64,000 nucleotides of DNA from an uncultured Alphaproteobacteria bacterium (GCA_903857685.1 CAIOFO010000019.1:289-64288); one strand, 5' to 3'; numbered from the stretch's first letter, positions 18,958-28,254 are shown. A program made the numbers and translations. The notes: generated by a model from the letters alone, not told the origin.

Positions 18958-19045
18958 TGGATCACCTCCTTTTCAAGATTGTTGCCCCGGCAATATAGGG
19001 CGGGCGGGCGCGCTTGATAAGGGCGGTGCGTGCGGGGATGATGAA

Positions 19046-20269
19046 TTGATGGAAAATCTTTCGACAACCTGCGTGATCGCGGGCGGCGGCCCGGCCGGGA
19101 TGATGCTGGGCTATCTGCTGGCGCGGGCCGGGGTGGATGTCACGGTGCTGGAAAAGCACCAGGATTTCCTGCGCGATTTTCGCGGCGACACGGTACATCC
19201 CTCGACCCTGCAGGTGATGCATGAGCTGGGACTGCTGGAGGAATTCCTGAAGCTGCCCCATTCGCGCATCACCCGCGTGGGCATTGATATCGGCGACCGG
19301 CATTTCCAGTTTGGCGATCTCAGCCACCTGCCGACCGTTTGCAAGTTCATCGCCATGATGCCGCAATGGGATTTTCTGGATTTCCTGGCGGGCAAGGCCC
19401 GGCAATTTCCCAATTTTCACCTGCTGATGCAGACCGAGGCCAAGGACCTGTTGGCGCAGAATGACCGCATCGCCGGCATCGTCGCCACCGGTCCGCAAGG
19501 CCATCTGCAGATCAGGGCGGGGCTGACCGTGGCGGCCGACGGGCGCGGTTCCATCCTGCGCGACAAGTCGGGCCTGAAGGTCAATGACCTGGGGGCGCCG
19601 TTCGACGTGCTGTGGCTGCGCCTGCCGATGCAGCCGGGCGACCCGGTGGATGTGATCGGCCGGCTGCAGGGCGGGCAGATGTTCGTGATGCTGTATCGCG
19701 GCGATTACTGGCAATGCGCCCTGGTCATTCCCAAGGGCGCCCATGATGCGATCAAGGCGGAGGGACTTTCCAAATTCCGCGCCCGGCTGAAAGCCATTGC
19801 CGGTTTTGCCGCGGACCGGGTGGACCAGGCGATCACGGACTTCGACCAGGTCAAGCTCCTGACGGTGGCCGTCAACCGGCTGGAAGAATGGGCGCGGCCG
19901 GGCCTGCTGTGCATCGGCGATGCGGCGCACGCCATGTCGCCGGTGGGCGGCGTGGGCATCAACCTGGCGATCCAGGATGCGGTGGCGACGGCCAATATAT
20001 TGGGGCCGGTGCTGCAAAAGGGCGTGCCGAAATTCAGCGACCTGAAAAAGGTCCAGGCGCGGCGGATGTTTCCCACCCGGATCATCCAGGCATTCCAGCT
20101 TCTGGTGCAGAACCGTTTCCTGGAACCGGCGGTGCTGAAATCGGACCGCACGCCCAATCCGCCCTGGTTCCTGAAGCTGTTCGACCGCTATCCGCTATTG
20201 CGGCGGATTCCGGCGCGCTTCGTTGGCATGGGGCCGCGGCCCGAGCATGTGAAACTGGCTAAGAAATAA
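19046..20269 (+). CDS. FAD-dependent oxidoreductase/monooxygenase (UbiH-like family)
   Basis: GGGPAG, FRGDTVHP, AADGRGS, IGDAAHAMSPVGGVGINLAIQDA. Confidence 0.9.
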   Translation: MMENLSTTCVIAGGGPAGMMLGYLLARAGVDVTVLEKHQDFLRDFRGDTVHPSTLQVMHELGLLEEFLKLPHSRITRVGIDIGDRHFQFGDLSHLPTVCKFIAMMPQWDFLDFLAGKARQFPNFHLLMQTEAKDLLAQNDRIAGIVATGPQGHLQIRAGLTVAADGRGSILRDKSGLKVNDLGAPFDVLWLRLPMQPGDPVDVIGRLQGGQMFVMLYRGDYWQCALVIPKGAHDAIKAEGLSKFRARLKAIAGFAADRVDQAITDFDQVKLLTVAVNRLEEWARPGLLCIGDAAHAMSPVGGVGINLAIQDAVATANILGPVLQKGVPKFSDLKKVQARRMFPTRIIQAFQLLVQNRFLEPAVLKSDRTPNPPWFLKLFDRYPLLRRIPARFVGMGPRPEHVKLAKK

Positions 20270-20284
20270 TACCAGCGCGAGGAA

Positions 20285-20356
20285 TTTTTGTTCCTGAGCA
20301 GGAGCGAGGAGCGAAGTGGGCACTCAGCCCATGAGCGACGCACTCAGGGACAAAAA
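20285..20356. repeat. Bidirectional hairpin with internal REP-like unit between convergent genes
   Basis: TTTTTGTTCCTGAG...CTCAGGGACAAAAA outer stem enclosing GGAGCGAAG-TGGGC-actca-GCCCA-TGAGCGACG. Confidence 0.55.
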
Positions 20357-20375
20357 GGACCGCGCTGGCGCGCTG

Positions 20376-21779
20376 TCACATTTGCATTGTCCAACCTTCA
20401 ACACCCATGGCCGCCTGGCGGACGGCCTCGGTGAGCGTGGGATGGGAATGGCAGGTGCGGGCGATGTCCTCGGACGAAGCGCCAAATTCCATCGCCAGCG
20501 CCACTTCGGCCATCAGGTTTCCGGCTTCCGGCCCGATGATGGCGCAGCCCAGCACCTTGTCGGTCTTGGCATCGGCGAGAATCTTCACAAAGCCGTCGGT
20601 GGCCATGATGGTCTTGGCGCGGGCATTGGCGGTGAAGGGAAACTTGCCGATCTTGTAGAGGGTGCCCGCGGCTTTGAGTTCTTCCTCGTTCTTGCCCACC
20701 GTGGCGACTTCCGGGAAGGTATAGACCACCGAGGGAATCACGTCGTAATTCACATGCCCGGCCTTGCCGGCGATCAGCTCGGCGCAGGCCACCGCTTCAT
20801 CCTCGGCCTTGTGGGCCAGCATCGGGCCTTCGCGGCAATCGCCCACGGCATAAATGCCCGGCACATTGGTGCGGTAATGATGGTCGGTGACGACGCGGCC
20901 GCGCTTGTCCAGCGTCACGCCCACCGCGTCCAGCCCAAGGCCGGCGGTGTAGGCAATGCGGCCGATGGCGACCAGCATCACATCGCACTCGATCACGCTT
21001 TTCTCGCCGCCCGCCGCCGGTTCCACCGTCACAGCCAGGCCATTATTCTTTTTCTCGACGCCGGTGACCTTGGTCGAAAGCTGAAAGGTGAAGCCCTGCT
21101 TGGTGAGAATGCGCTGGAAAGCCTTGGAGACTTCCAGGTCGATGCCCGGCGTGACGCGGTCGAGGAATTCCACCACCGTGACCTCGCTGCCCAGGCGCTT
21201 CCACACCGAGCCCAGTTCCAGCCCGATCACGCCGGCGCCAACCACGAGCAATTTCTTCGGCACCGAAGTGAGCGACAAGGCGCCGGTGGAGGAGACGATC
21301 TGTTTTTCATCCACCGTGACGCCGGGCAGCGGCGCGACATCGGAGCCGGTGGCGATGATGAAGTGCTTGGCGGTCAGTTCGCGGGTCTTGCCATCGGCCA
21401 GCGTGACGGAGATTTTTCCCGGCGCGGTAATGCAGCCGGTGCCGACAATGCCTTCGACCTTGTTCTTCTTGAAGAGAAATTCGACGCCCTTGGTGAGCTC
21501 GCCCACCACCTTGGTTTTCTGCGCCATCATGGCGGGCAGGTCGAGTTCGACCTTGGCCTTGATGCCCAGCTTGGCGAAATCCGTCTGCGCTTCGTGAAAG
21601 CGCTCGCTGGCGTGCAGAAGGGCCTTGGAGGGAATGCAGCCGACATTCAGGCAGGTGCCGCCGAAGCTGCCGCGGCTGTCAATGCAGGCGGCGGTGAGGC
21701 CGAGCTGGCCCAGCCGGATGGCGGCATTGTAGCCGCCCGGGCCGCCGCCAATCACCACCACATCGAAACTGTCCGCCAT
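20376..21779 (-). CDS. lpdA: Dihydrolipoyl dehydrogenase
   Basis: GGGPGGY, GGTCLNVGCIPSK disulfide, GAGVIGLE, HSHPTLTEA. Confidence 0.95.
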   Translation of the reverse strand: MADSFDVVVIGGGPGGYNAAIRLGQLGLTAACIDSRGSFGGTCLNVGCIPSKALLHASERFHEAQTDFAKLGIKAKVELDLPAMMAQKTKVVGELTKGVEFLFKKNKVEGIVGTGCITAPGKISVTLADGKTRELTAKHFIIATGSDVAPLPGVTVDEKQIVSSTGALSLTSVPKKLLVVGAGVIGLELGSVWKRLGSEVTVVEFLDRVTPGIDLEVSKAFQRILTKQGFTFQLSTKVTGVEKKNNGLAVTVEPAAGGEKSVIECDVMLVAIGRIAYTAGLGLDAVGVTLDKRGRVVTDHHYRTNVPGIYAVGDCREGPMLAHKAEDEAVACAELIAGKAGHVNYDVIPSVVYTFPEVATVGKNEEELKAAGTLYKIGKFPFTANARAKTIMATDGFVKILADAKTDKVLGCAIIGPEAGNLMAEVALAMEFGASSEDIARTCHSHPTLTEAVRQAAMGVEGWTMQM

Positions 21780-21886
21780 GCCCATCAACCTTCAAAAATG
21801 CCGAGCGACATATAGGTAAGGCGCGGCCGGAAAGCCATGCATTTTGCGAGGGCCGGGCGCCCAAAAAAGCGGCTTTTTCCCTGGCT

Positions 21887-23635
21887 TTACGCCGGCACGG
21901 CGTCTTCCTTGTGGGTCGGGTCGGGAAAAGTCAGCGCCACCACCGTGCCCCGTCCCGCCTCGGAGGTGACGGAGGCCACGCCGCCCAGCTGGGCGCCGAA
22001 GGTGCGGATCAGGCGGGAGCCGACGCTCTTGCCCGCCTCGTCCATGTGAAAGCCGGTACCGTCATCGGCGATGGCCAGGCGCAGCTTGCCCGGCCCTTCC
22101 GGCTTGAGGCTGACCCGGATCACGCCCCGCGCCCGCAAGGGATAGGCATGCTTGTAGATGTTGGTCAGCGCCTCGACCGTGAACAGCGCCAGCGCCACCG
22201 CCACGCTGCTGGCGACCACCATATGGGGAACATCCACCTCGATCCGGACATGGTCGGTGTCGCCCATGCCCTCGGCGATCTGGCGCGACAATTCCTCAAG
22301 CAGTTGCCGCAGATCCAGGGTGGACTGGTCTTCCAGCTCATTGAGGATGCGGTGCACCAGCGCCAGCGCATTGATGCGGGTCTGGGCCTGCATCAGGGCC
22401 TCGCGGGCGCCGGGGTCCTTGACCTGGTTGGCCTGGATGGACAGCAGGCTCATCACGATCTGCAGATTGTTCTTCACCCGGTGATGGATTTCCTTGATCA
22501 GGGTGGATTTGAGGTTGACGGCGTCGCGCAGGCGCCGGTCGCGATCCTGGATATTGTCGGCCATCTCGCTCATGGCATCGCCCAGAAGCTGGAATTCGGC
22601 CGGCGCGCCCACCAGGTCGGGCCGGATGGCGTAATGGCCGCTGCGATAGGCCGAGGCGATACGGCGCAAATAGGTGATCCAGTGCGTCACCTGGCGGTCG
22701 GTGGCGATCCAGATCGCGCCCCAGGCGAACAGGATCATGAAAATCGGCAGCAGGAAATCTATTCCGACATGCAGATAGGTCTGTCCGAACAGGCGGTTTT
22801 CGCGCATGCCGAAGGCGACAAAGATATTGTTGCCGTTGAGCGAGGCCAGGCCGAAATGCCAGGCATTGCCGCCCGTGTCGCGGGTATCCAGCGACGCGCC
22901 ATCCGGCGCGCCGGCCTTGAGCGCGGCATCGGTCAGGGCGCGCCCCACATTGGCATCGTTGCTGGCCAGCACCACGCCGTTGCGGTCGAACACCGCGATC
23001 ACGGCGCCGGCGGGCACCGGATGCTCGTGCAGCAGATAATCGAACCAGTGCTGGTCGAGCGTGATGGCGAGCGTGCCGTCGAAACTGCCGTCCGGCTTGT
23101 GCAGCGCGATCTGCGATCCGACCACCTTCAGGCCCGTGGCGCGGCTGAGCAGAAGCGGACTGACCACCAGGCCATCGGATTTCCGCGCCTGCTGAAACGT
23201 CACTTGCGTGCTTATGTTGATACCCTTGGCCAACGGCAGCGCCGAGCAGGCCAGCATGCCGGAGGCATCGGCGCGCGACAGGTTGGTGAAATAGCTCACC
23301 CCGATCATGGCGTCGGCCAGGATGGAGTCGCAATTGCCGTTCATCTGGCGCACATCGGCCAGGCTGCCCATGGCCCGCATGATCTGTTCGCCGGAACTGA
23401 AGACGCTTTGATAATTCCCGGCGGAGGTGCGCGCCGACTGGGACAGCTGGACGCGCACATCGTCCACGTCGCGCTGGACGCGCGCGATGCCCTGAAACAG
23501 GCTGACCAGCGCGATCGGCAGCAGCGCAATGGTGACGATCAGCAGCAGCCGCCGCCGCAGCGTCGTCCAGCCGCGTTGCGAGACATCGGATGCTGACAGG
23601 ATATCGGCTGCGCTATTTCGGACGGCGTTTTCCAC
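21887..23635 (-). CDS. HisKA_2-type sensor histidine kinase with periplasmic Cache-like domain (PhyR-activating kinase type)
   Basis: Two TM segments, H-box EIHHRVKNNLQ, EALTNIYKHA, IADDGTG; directly after ecfG. Confidence 0.88.
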   Translation of the reverse strand: MENAVRNSAADILSASDVSQRGWTTLRRRLLLIVTIALLPIALVSLFQGIARVQRDVDDVRVQLSQSARTSAGNYQSVFSSGEQIMRAMGSLADVRQMNGNCDSILADAMIGVSYFTNLSRADASGMLACSALPLAKGINISTQVTFQQARKSDGLVVSPLLLSRATGLKVVGSQIALHKPDGSFDGTLAITLDQHWFDYLLHEHPVPAGAVIAVFDRNGVVLASNDANVGRALTDAALKAGAPDGASLDTRDTGGNAWHFGLASLNGNNIFVAFGMRENRLFGQTYLHVGIDFLLPIFMILFAWGAIWIATDRQVTHWITYLRRIASAYRSGHYAIRPDLVGAPAEFQLLGDAMSEMADNIQDRDRRLRDAVNLKSTLIKEIHHRVKNNLQIVMSLLSIQANQVKDPGAREALMQAQTRINALALVHRILNELEDQSTLDLRQLLEELSRQIAEGMGDTDHVRIEVDVPHMVVASSVAVALALFTVEALTNIYKHAYPLRARGVIRVSLKPEGPGKLRLAIADDGTGFHMDEAGKSVGSRLIRTFGAQLGGVASVTSEAGRGTVVALTFPDPTHKEDAVPA

Positions 23636-24263
23636 CTAGAGCCCCGAATTCGGGCGATGAAAGTCGGTCCAGCTGCGACATGATCTCACGTGCGGCGTCC
23701 CCCTCAGCCGGGCGCGCGACATTGCCCAGCGTATCATCGCCGTCCAGAATTTCCATCAGCGCCTTGCGCGCGCGGGCGACCCGGCTCTTGACGGTGCCGA
23801 TGGCGCATTTGCAGATGCCCGCGGCATCTTCATAGGAAAACCCGCCGGCGCCCACCAGAATCAAGGCTTCGCGCTGCTCGTCGGAAAGGCAACGCAGGGC
23901 GCGCGCCGTGTCGGAAAGCTGGGCCGAGAACAACTGGTCCTCGCCGCCGCCGGGAATCCGTTCGGCCGCTTCCTGGTCCCAGGGCGCCTGACGCCAGGCC
24001 CTGCGGCGGTCGGAATAAAACTGGTTGCGCAGGATGGTGAAAAGCCAGGCCTTGAGATTGGTGCCGGGAATGAAGGTGGCGCGGCTCTGCCAGGCCTTGA
24101 CCAGGGTTTCCTGGGCGAGATCGTCGGCGCCTTCCTGGTTGTCGGTCAGCGAACGGGCAAAGGCGCGCAGGAACGGGATCAAAGCCAGGAGCTCGGTCTT
24201 GAAGTCGCCGTCTTCCGGACGGTCGGCGGTGCGGTTGGGCATGGAGGGTGCGGGAATGGGCAT
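23613..24263 (-). CDS. ecfG: ECF15 general stress sigma factor (EcfG/SigT/RpoE2)
   Basis: LRAFARSL, ADDLAQETLVKAW, GTNLKAWLFTILRN, GTVKSRVARAR; between nepR and kinase. Confidence 0.9.
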   Translation of the reverse strand: MPIPAPSMPNRTADRPEDGDFKTELLALIPFLRAFARSLTDNQEGADDLAQETLVKAWQSRATFIPGTNLKAWLFTILRNQFYSDRRRAWRQAPWDQEAAERIPGGGEDQLFSAQLSDTARALRCLSDEQREALILVGAGGFSYEDAAGICKCAIGTVKSRVARARKALMEILDGDDTLGNVARPAEGDAAREIMSQLDRLSSPEFGALGGKRRPK

Positions 24264-24472
24264 CAGGACACCTTCTTCCCGCCCTTGGACTCTTCGGCTT
24301 CGTCAATCTTGCGAAGCAGGTCCATGAAATCGTCCGGGATCGGCTCCTGGGCGACATCGTCATACATGCGGCGCAGCTCGCGCCCTATGGCGCGCTGGCG
24401 GGCCCGGACAGCGCGGGCCTTTTCTGTCGGCTTTTCTTCGTTAGCCACGGTCGTTTCCCATTGCTGCGTCAT
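24263..24472 (-). CDS. nepR: Anti-sigma factor NepR
   Basis: IGRELRRMYDDVAQEPIPDDFMDLLRKID core. Confidence 0.9.
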   Translation of the reverse strand: MTQQWETTVANEEKPTEKARAVRARQRAIGRELRRMYDDVAQEPIPDDFMDLLRKIDEAEESKGGKKVS

Positions 24473-24561
24473 GCCTGAGGGGCCCTGTCCCGATGCGGTT
24501 TCTGCGGGCACGTCCCGCATTGAAAGGTTCATTCCGCCCCGGTTTCGCCCTTAAAGAGCCA

Positions 24562-24586
24562 AACGCCCCCCTATTCGAAAGGTTCC
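24562..24586 (-). promoter_or_regulatory. EcfG-type promoter for nepR-ecfG-kinase
   Basis: Minus strand GGAAC-N16-CGTT. Confidence 0.85.
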
Positions 24587-24595
24587 GGCCAGTAT

Positions 24596-24620
24596 GGAAC
24601 TTTTTCGGCTGGCGTCAGTT
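24596..24620 (+). promoter_or_regulatory. EcfG-type promoter for phyR
   Basis: GGAAC-N16-AGTT. Confidence 0.75.
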
Positions 24621-24657
24621 GCCATTTCACGCTTTCCTACCTCGAAGGAGCTTTTTC

Positions 24658-25449
24658 ATGAGCATGACGCAGACCCTTGCGCCCCATCTGCCCTATCTGC
24701 GCCGGTACGCCAGGGCCCTGACGGGGTCCCAACAGTCGGGCGACGCCCATGTCCGGGCCGCTTTGCAGGCCCTTTTGGCCGGGGATGAAGCGTTGGCCGA
24801 GGGAGTACCCCCCCGGGTCGGCCTTTACCGCCTGTTCCATGCCATCTGGCAGAGCGGCGCCGAGCATTTCGACGCCGAGGAGGACAGTCCGGGGGCAAAA
24901 ACCCCGGAAAACCGCCTTCGCGCCCTGTCGGCCTCCAAGCGGGCGGCCCTGCTTTTGACCGCCGTGGAAGCCTTCAGCCCGGAAGAGGCCGCTTTCATCA
25001 TTGATGAGAGCCCCGAGGACATCGAAAAGGCCATCCTGGACGCCCAAAAAACCATCGACGCCCAGTTGGCCAGCCGGGTGCTGATCATCGAGGATGAGCC
25101 GATCATCGCCATGGACCTGGAAAACCTGGTCACCGAATTGGGACACAAGGTCGTGGCCGTGGCATCCACCAAAGACGAAGCGGTGGCCAAGGCCCATTCC
25201 GAGCGTCCCGGCCTGGTGCTGGCCGACATCAACCTGGGCGAAGGCGGCTCGGGCATTGATGTGGTGAGCGAAATTCTCTCCGCCTTCGACATTCCGGTGA
25301 TTTTCATCACCGCCTATCCGGAAAAGCTGCTGACCGGCGAGCGGCCGGAGCCGACTTACCTGATCGCCAAGCCGTTCCTGCCCGAAACCGTGCAGGCAAC
25401 GGTGGGTCAGGCCCTGTTCTTCCATCCCGTCGCCAAGCAGGCCGCGTAG
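24658..25449 (+). CDS. phyR: Anti-anti-sigma response regulator PhyR
   Basis: N-terminal sigma-like PYLRRYARALTG, C-terminal receiver IIEDEPIIAMDL...LADINL...FITAYPE. Confidence 0.95.
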   Translation: MSMTQTLAPHLPYLRRYARALTGSQQSGDAHVRAALQALLAGDEALAEGVPPRVGLYRLFHAIWQSGAEHFDAEEDSPGAKTPENRLRALSASKRAALLLTAVEAFSPEEAAFIIDESPEDIEKAILDAQKTIDAQLASRVLIIEDEPIIAMDLENLVTELGHKVVAVASTKDEAVAKAHSERPGLVLADINLGEGGSGIDVVSEILSAFDIPVIFITAYPEKLLTGERPEPTYLIAKPFLPETVQATVGQALFFHPVAKQAA

Positions 25450-25491
25450 GAAGCGAATATATTTTTATCGTGTTTCGTATTGGAGATTGTC

Positions 25492-25854
25492 ATGGCTACC
25501 AGAAAAAAATCCGTGTCCACAGTTGATAACCGGCTGACCGCGCTGCGCCGGGACTTCGAGGCGCTGCAGGAAGACATGAAGGGATTGGCCGGCGATGTCA
25601 GCAGCGCCGCCTCGGAGCGCGCCCGGGCCGCGCTCAAAGGCGCCGAAGATGTCGCAGACCGCGCCATGCGGCTGGCCGAGGAAGCCGCCCGCGAGGCCAA
25701 GCAGGCGGCGGGCGAATTCAAGGAAGACGCCGAGGAATGGGCTGAGGAAAACGCCGAAAATCTGCGCCTGCATGTGCGGGACCAGCCCATCACCTCGCTT
25801 TTGATCGCCGGCGGCATCGGCGCCTTTCTGGGCGCGATTTTTCTTCGGCGTTGA
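25492..25854 (+). CDS. ElaB/YqjD/DUF883 family tail-anchored protein
   Basis: Coiled N-terminus, C-terminal VRDQPITSLLIAGGIGAFLGAIFLRR; GGAG RBS. Confidence 0.85.
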   Translation: MATRKKSVSTVDNRLTALRRDFEALQEDMKGLAGDVSSAASERARAALKGAEDVADRAMRLAEEAAREAKQAAGEFKEDAEEWAEENAENLRLHVRDQPITSLLIAGGIGAFLGAIFLRR

Positions 25855-25912
25855 GAGACGGCAAATCCCCTGTTAAGGCTGATGCCCTAATCTGGCGATA
25901 TTCGGGGGTTTC

Positions 25913-26263
25913 ATGTTCGCGCGGCTAAGCGCAAAGCTGGTTTTTGTGGCGGCGGCCATCGCGCTGGTGTTTTTCGGCATCGGCCTGTTCGGCCTTGCCA
26001 TTGCCGCCGCGCTGACGCCGTATATTGGCGCCGCGTCCGGCTATGCCGTCGCGGGCGCCATCTTCCTGCTGCCGCCGCTGTTGTGGGCGCTGATCGCTTC
26101 CACCAGCCGGCCCAAAAAACCGCCACAGGAAGGCGGCGGCCGCGAGTTGATGAATTCGATTTTCACCGCCCTGGCGCGCGAGACGCCCTGGGCCGCGGTG
26201 GTGGGCGCGGGCCTGCTCGGCGTCACCAACCTGTTTCTCAACCGCAACAAAAACAAAAAATAG
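25913..26263 (+). CDS. Holin-like (YqjE/holin-X type) membrane protein
   Basis: Two to three TM segments directly after ElaB-like gene. Confidence 0.6.
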   Translation: MFARLSAKLVFVAAAIALVFFGIGLFGLAIAAALTPYIGAASGYAVAGAIFLLPPLLWALIASTSRPKKPPQEGGGRELMNSIFTALARETPWAAVVGAGLLGVTNLFLNRNKNKK

Positions 26264-26283
26264 CCGTCCTTGCGGCCGCGAAG

Positions 26284-26308
26284 GGAACTTCGTCCAAGCG
26301 CCATCGTT
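26284..26308 (+). promoter_or_regulatory. EcfG-type promoter for DUF1328 gene
   Basis: GGAAC-N16-CGTT, 24 nt before ATG. Confidence 0.85.
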
Positions 26309-26332
26309 TTCCTCGTGCAACGGAGGAAAATC

Positions 26333-26506
26333 ATGCTTGGTTGGGCACTTACGTTTCTGATCCTGGCGCTGGTCGCCGGCTATATGGGCTTTTTCGGCCT
26401 TGCGGGACTGGCCGCCAGCATCGCCAAACTGCTGTTGATCGTTTTCGTGATCCTGTTGATCGTCAGTGCCTTTTCCGGTGCGCTGCGTGGACGCCCTCCT
26501 GCCTAG
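26333..26506 (+). CDS. DUF1328 (YtjA-like) small membrane protein
   Basis: MLGWALTFLILALVAGYMGFFGLAGLAASIAK; GGAGG RBS. Confidence 0.9.
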   Translation: MLGWALTFLILALVAGYMGFFGLAGLAASIAKLLLIVFVILLIVSAFSGALRGRPPA

Positions 26507-26517
26507 AAGGTGGTGAC

Positions 26518-26667
26518 ATGCGATTACCTGCTCCCATTCTGGAACATCCCATCGAAAGCGCGATCGCCGGCCTGCTGCTGGCGGCATTGCTGTTTGTTTC
26601 CGCCGGTCCCGAGCCGGCCGCCAGCCCAGTTTCCCAGGCTTCTCCGGTCCATGCGCAAAAAATGTGA
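26518..26667 (+). CDS. 49-aa small membrane protein, unknown function
   Basis: AAGGTGGT RBS; MRLPAPILEHPIESAIAGLLLAALLFVSAGPEP...; one hydrophobic segment. Confidence 0.5.
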   Translation: MRLPAPILEHPIESAIAGLLLAALLFVSAGPEPAASPVSQASPVHAQKM

Positions 26668-26685
26668 AATAATTTGAGCGGCCGG

Positions 26686-26710
26686 GGAACGAACAATATG
26701 CCCGGCCATT
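26686..26710 (+). promoter_or_regulatory. EcfG-type promoter with no downstream ORF on +
   Basis: GGAAC-N16-CATT. Confidence 0.55.
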
Positions 26711-26715
26711 ATTAC

Positions 26716-26800
26716 CTGCGAGCGGACGTCCGATGCGGAACGCCCCCAGCCCCTTCGACAGCCCGCTTCGGTTGTCCGCTCACTTCCCACCCCTGAGAAA
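26716..26800 (+). ncRNA. Candidate EcfG-dependent small RNA
   Basis: Follows the promoter motif; GAGCGGAC(26720-27)/GTCCGCTC(26774-81) stem enclosing C-rich CCCCCAGCCCC; no RBS-bearing ORF. Confidence 0.35.
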
Positions 26801-28237
26801 TCAAGGCATCCGGCCCGGAACCGGGCCTCTTGCCGCGTCAACAAGATAGATCTTGTAAAGCGCGATTTCGGAGTCGGCGCGGCCGATGCGCAAGCCCGTC
26901 GCCAGCAATACCGAGGAATAGTATTTGCGCACCTGATCGCTCTGGTCGCGCTTGCGCTCTACGAAATAGAGCAGCGGGCCCCGCATCAGGGCCGCATCCG
27001 GCATCGGCGCGGAGGGATAGCGATAGGTTTCGCCAAGCTGAACCACCTTCAGGCCGGGCTCGTAAAAGCGCAGCCAGGCGGTGGTTTCATAATCGGTGGT
27101 GAGGATCGCCCCGGCATGGGCGATGCGCGCCGCGCCCAGAAGGCTGTCGGCCACCGGCTTGAAGCCGACGCCCAGAAGGCGCGCCAGCGGATCGCGGCCG
27201 CCCAGCGGAATAAAGCCCGTAAGCGCCTGCGCGCAGGTCAGGAGCAGCAAGGCAGCCGCGACCGGCGCTGCTGCCCAGGCGCACCATTTTCGCCAGCCGG
27301 CAGCGCGGAATTGGGAAACGGCCAGGATGGCCAGGTCGGGATAGAGAAATCCCGGCCAGTTGCCCTGCACCCGGTCATGCAGCGCATGGACGAAAAAATA
27401 CGCCACCGCCGGCCAAACCAGCATGGCGGGAAGAAACAGATCGCTGTCTCGCCGCGCCTGCACCAGGCCCGCCACGCCGAGAATGAATATGAAGGGCGAT
27501 GCAAGCCCGAGCTGGGCGCCGAGAAATTCCAGCAGAAAGCGGCCGGTCCACTGATGGCCGACGACGCGCCCGAACTGAAAGGCGAATGTCTCCCAATCGT
27601 GATTTGTCTGCCAATAGAGGTTGGGCAGAAATATCAGCAGCGCCAGCAGCGCCGCGCTCCACGGCCATGGCGTTTTCAGCCAGCCGCGCGCGCGCGGCGA
27701 CAGCACCAGCCACAGAAAGGCGCCGGCGAGCAGGAAAAAAGCGGAATATTTCGACAGCAGCGACAGGCCGGCGGCAACCCCGGCCCACAACCACCATCGG
27801 GCCTGCCCGCTTTGCTGCAGACGGGCGAGGCAGAAAAGCAGCGCCGCGCTGGTGGCGATGGAAGGCGTGTCGGGCGTTGCGGCCAGCATCTCAACCCCGA
27901 TCATCAGCGTCAGGTTGAACAGCAGGGCAGCGGCAAAGGCGCGGGCTTCGTCCTTGAGCAGCGTGCGGGCGGCTTCCCAGACAAAGAACGTGGTCAGCGC
28001 CGACAGAAGGATGCCGCAGGCACGCACCCCGAGCGGGGTATCGCCCAGCAGCATGGTGCCGGCGCGGATCGCCCAGGCGATCGCCGGGGGATGATCGAGA
28101 TAGCCGGCATCCAGATGCTTGGACCACAGCCAGTAATAGGCTTCGTCAGCGGTCAGCGGCACCAGTGCCGACATCAGGGCGCGGGCGGCAAGAACGGAAA
28201 AAAGCGTCAGGCGCGGCGCCAGACTCACCGGGCTCAC
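26801..28237 (-). CDS. GT-C fold glycosyltransferase (ArnT/PMT, GT39/83-like)
   Basis: ADEAYYWLWS, YLDHPP, PDTP, LSKYS; many TM helices; start approximate. Confidence 0.85.
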   Translation of the reverse strand: MSPVSLAPRLTLFSVLAARALMSALVPLTADEAYYWLWSKHLDAGYLDHPPAIAWAIRAGTMLLGDTPLGVRACGILLSALTTFFVWEAARTLLKDEARAFAAALLFNLTLMIGVEMLAATPDTPSIATSAALLFCLARLQQSGQARWWLWAGVAAGLSLLSKYSAFFLLAGAFLWLVLSPRARGWLKTPWPWSAALLALLIFLPNLYWQTNHDWETFAFQFGRVVGHQWTGRFLLEFLGAQLGLASPFIFILGVAGLVQARRDSDLFLPAMLVWPAVAYFFVHALHDRVQGNWPGFLYPDLAILAVSQFRAAGWRKWCAWAAAPVAAALLLLTCAQALTGFIPLGGRDPLARLLGVGFKPVADSLLGAARIAHAGAILTTDYETTAWLRFYEPGLKVVQLGETYRYPSAPMPDAALMRGPLLYFVERKRDQSDQVRKYYSSVLLATGLRIGRADSEIALYKIYLVDAARGPVPGRMP

Positions 28238-28254
28238 GTTCAAGGGGCGGGCGC

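Noticed and set aside
18957-18973. Possible rRNA gene fragment
   Set aside because: Only 16 nt match the 16S 3' end; the upstream sequence shows no 16S helix 44/45 similarity, so it is treated as an SD/anti-SD feature
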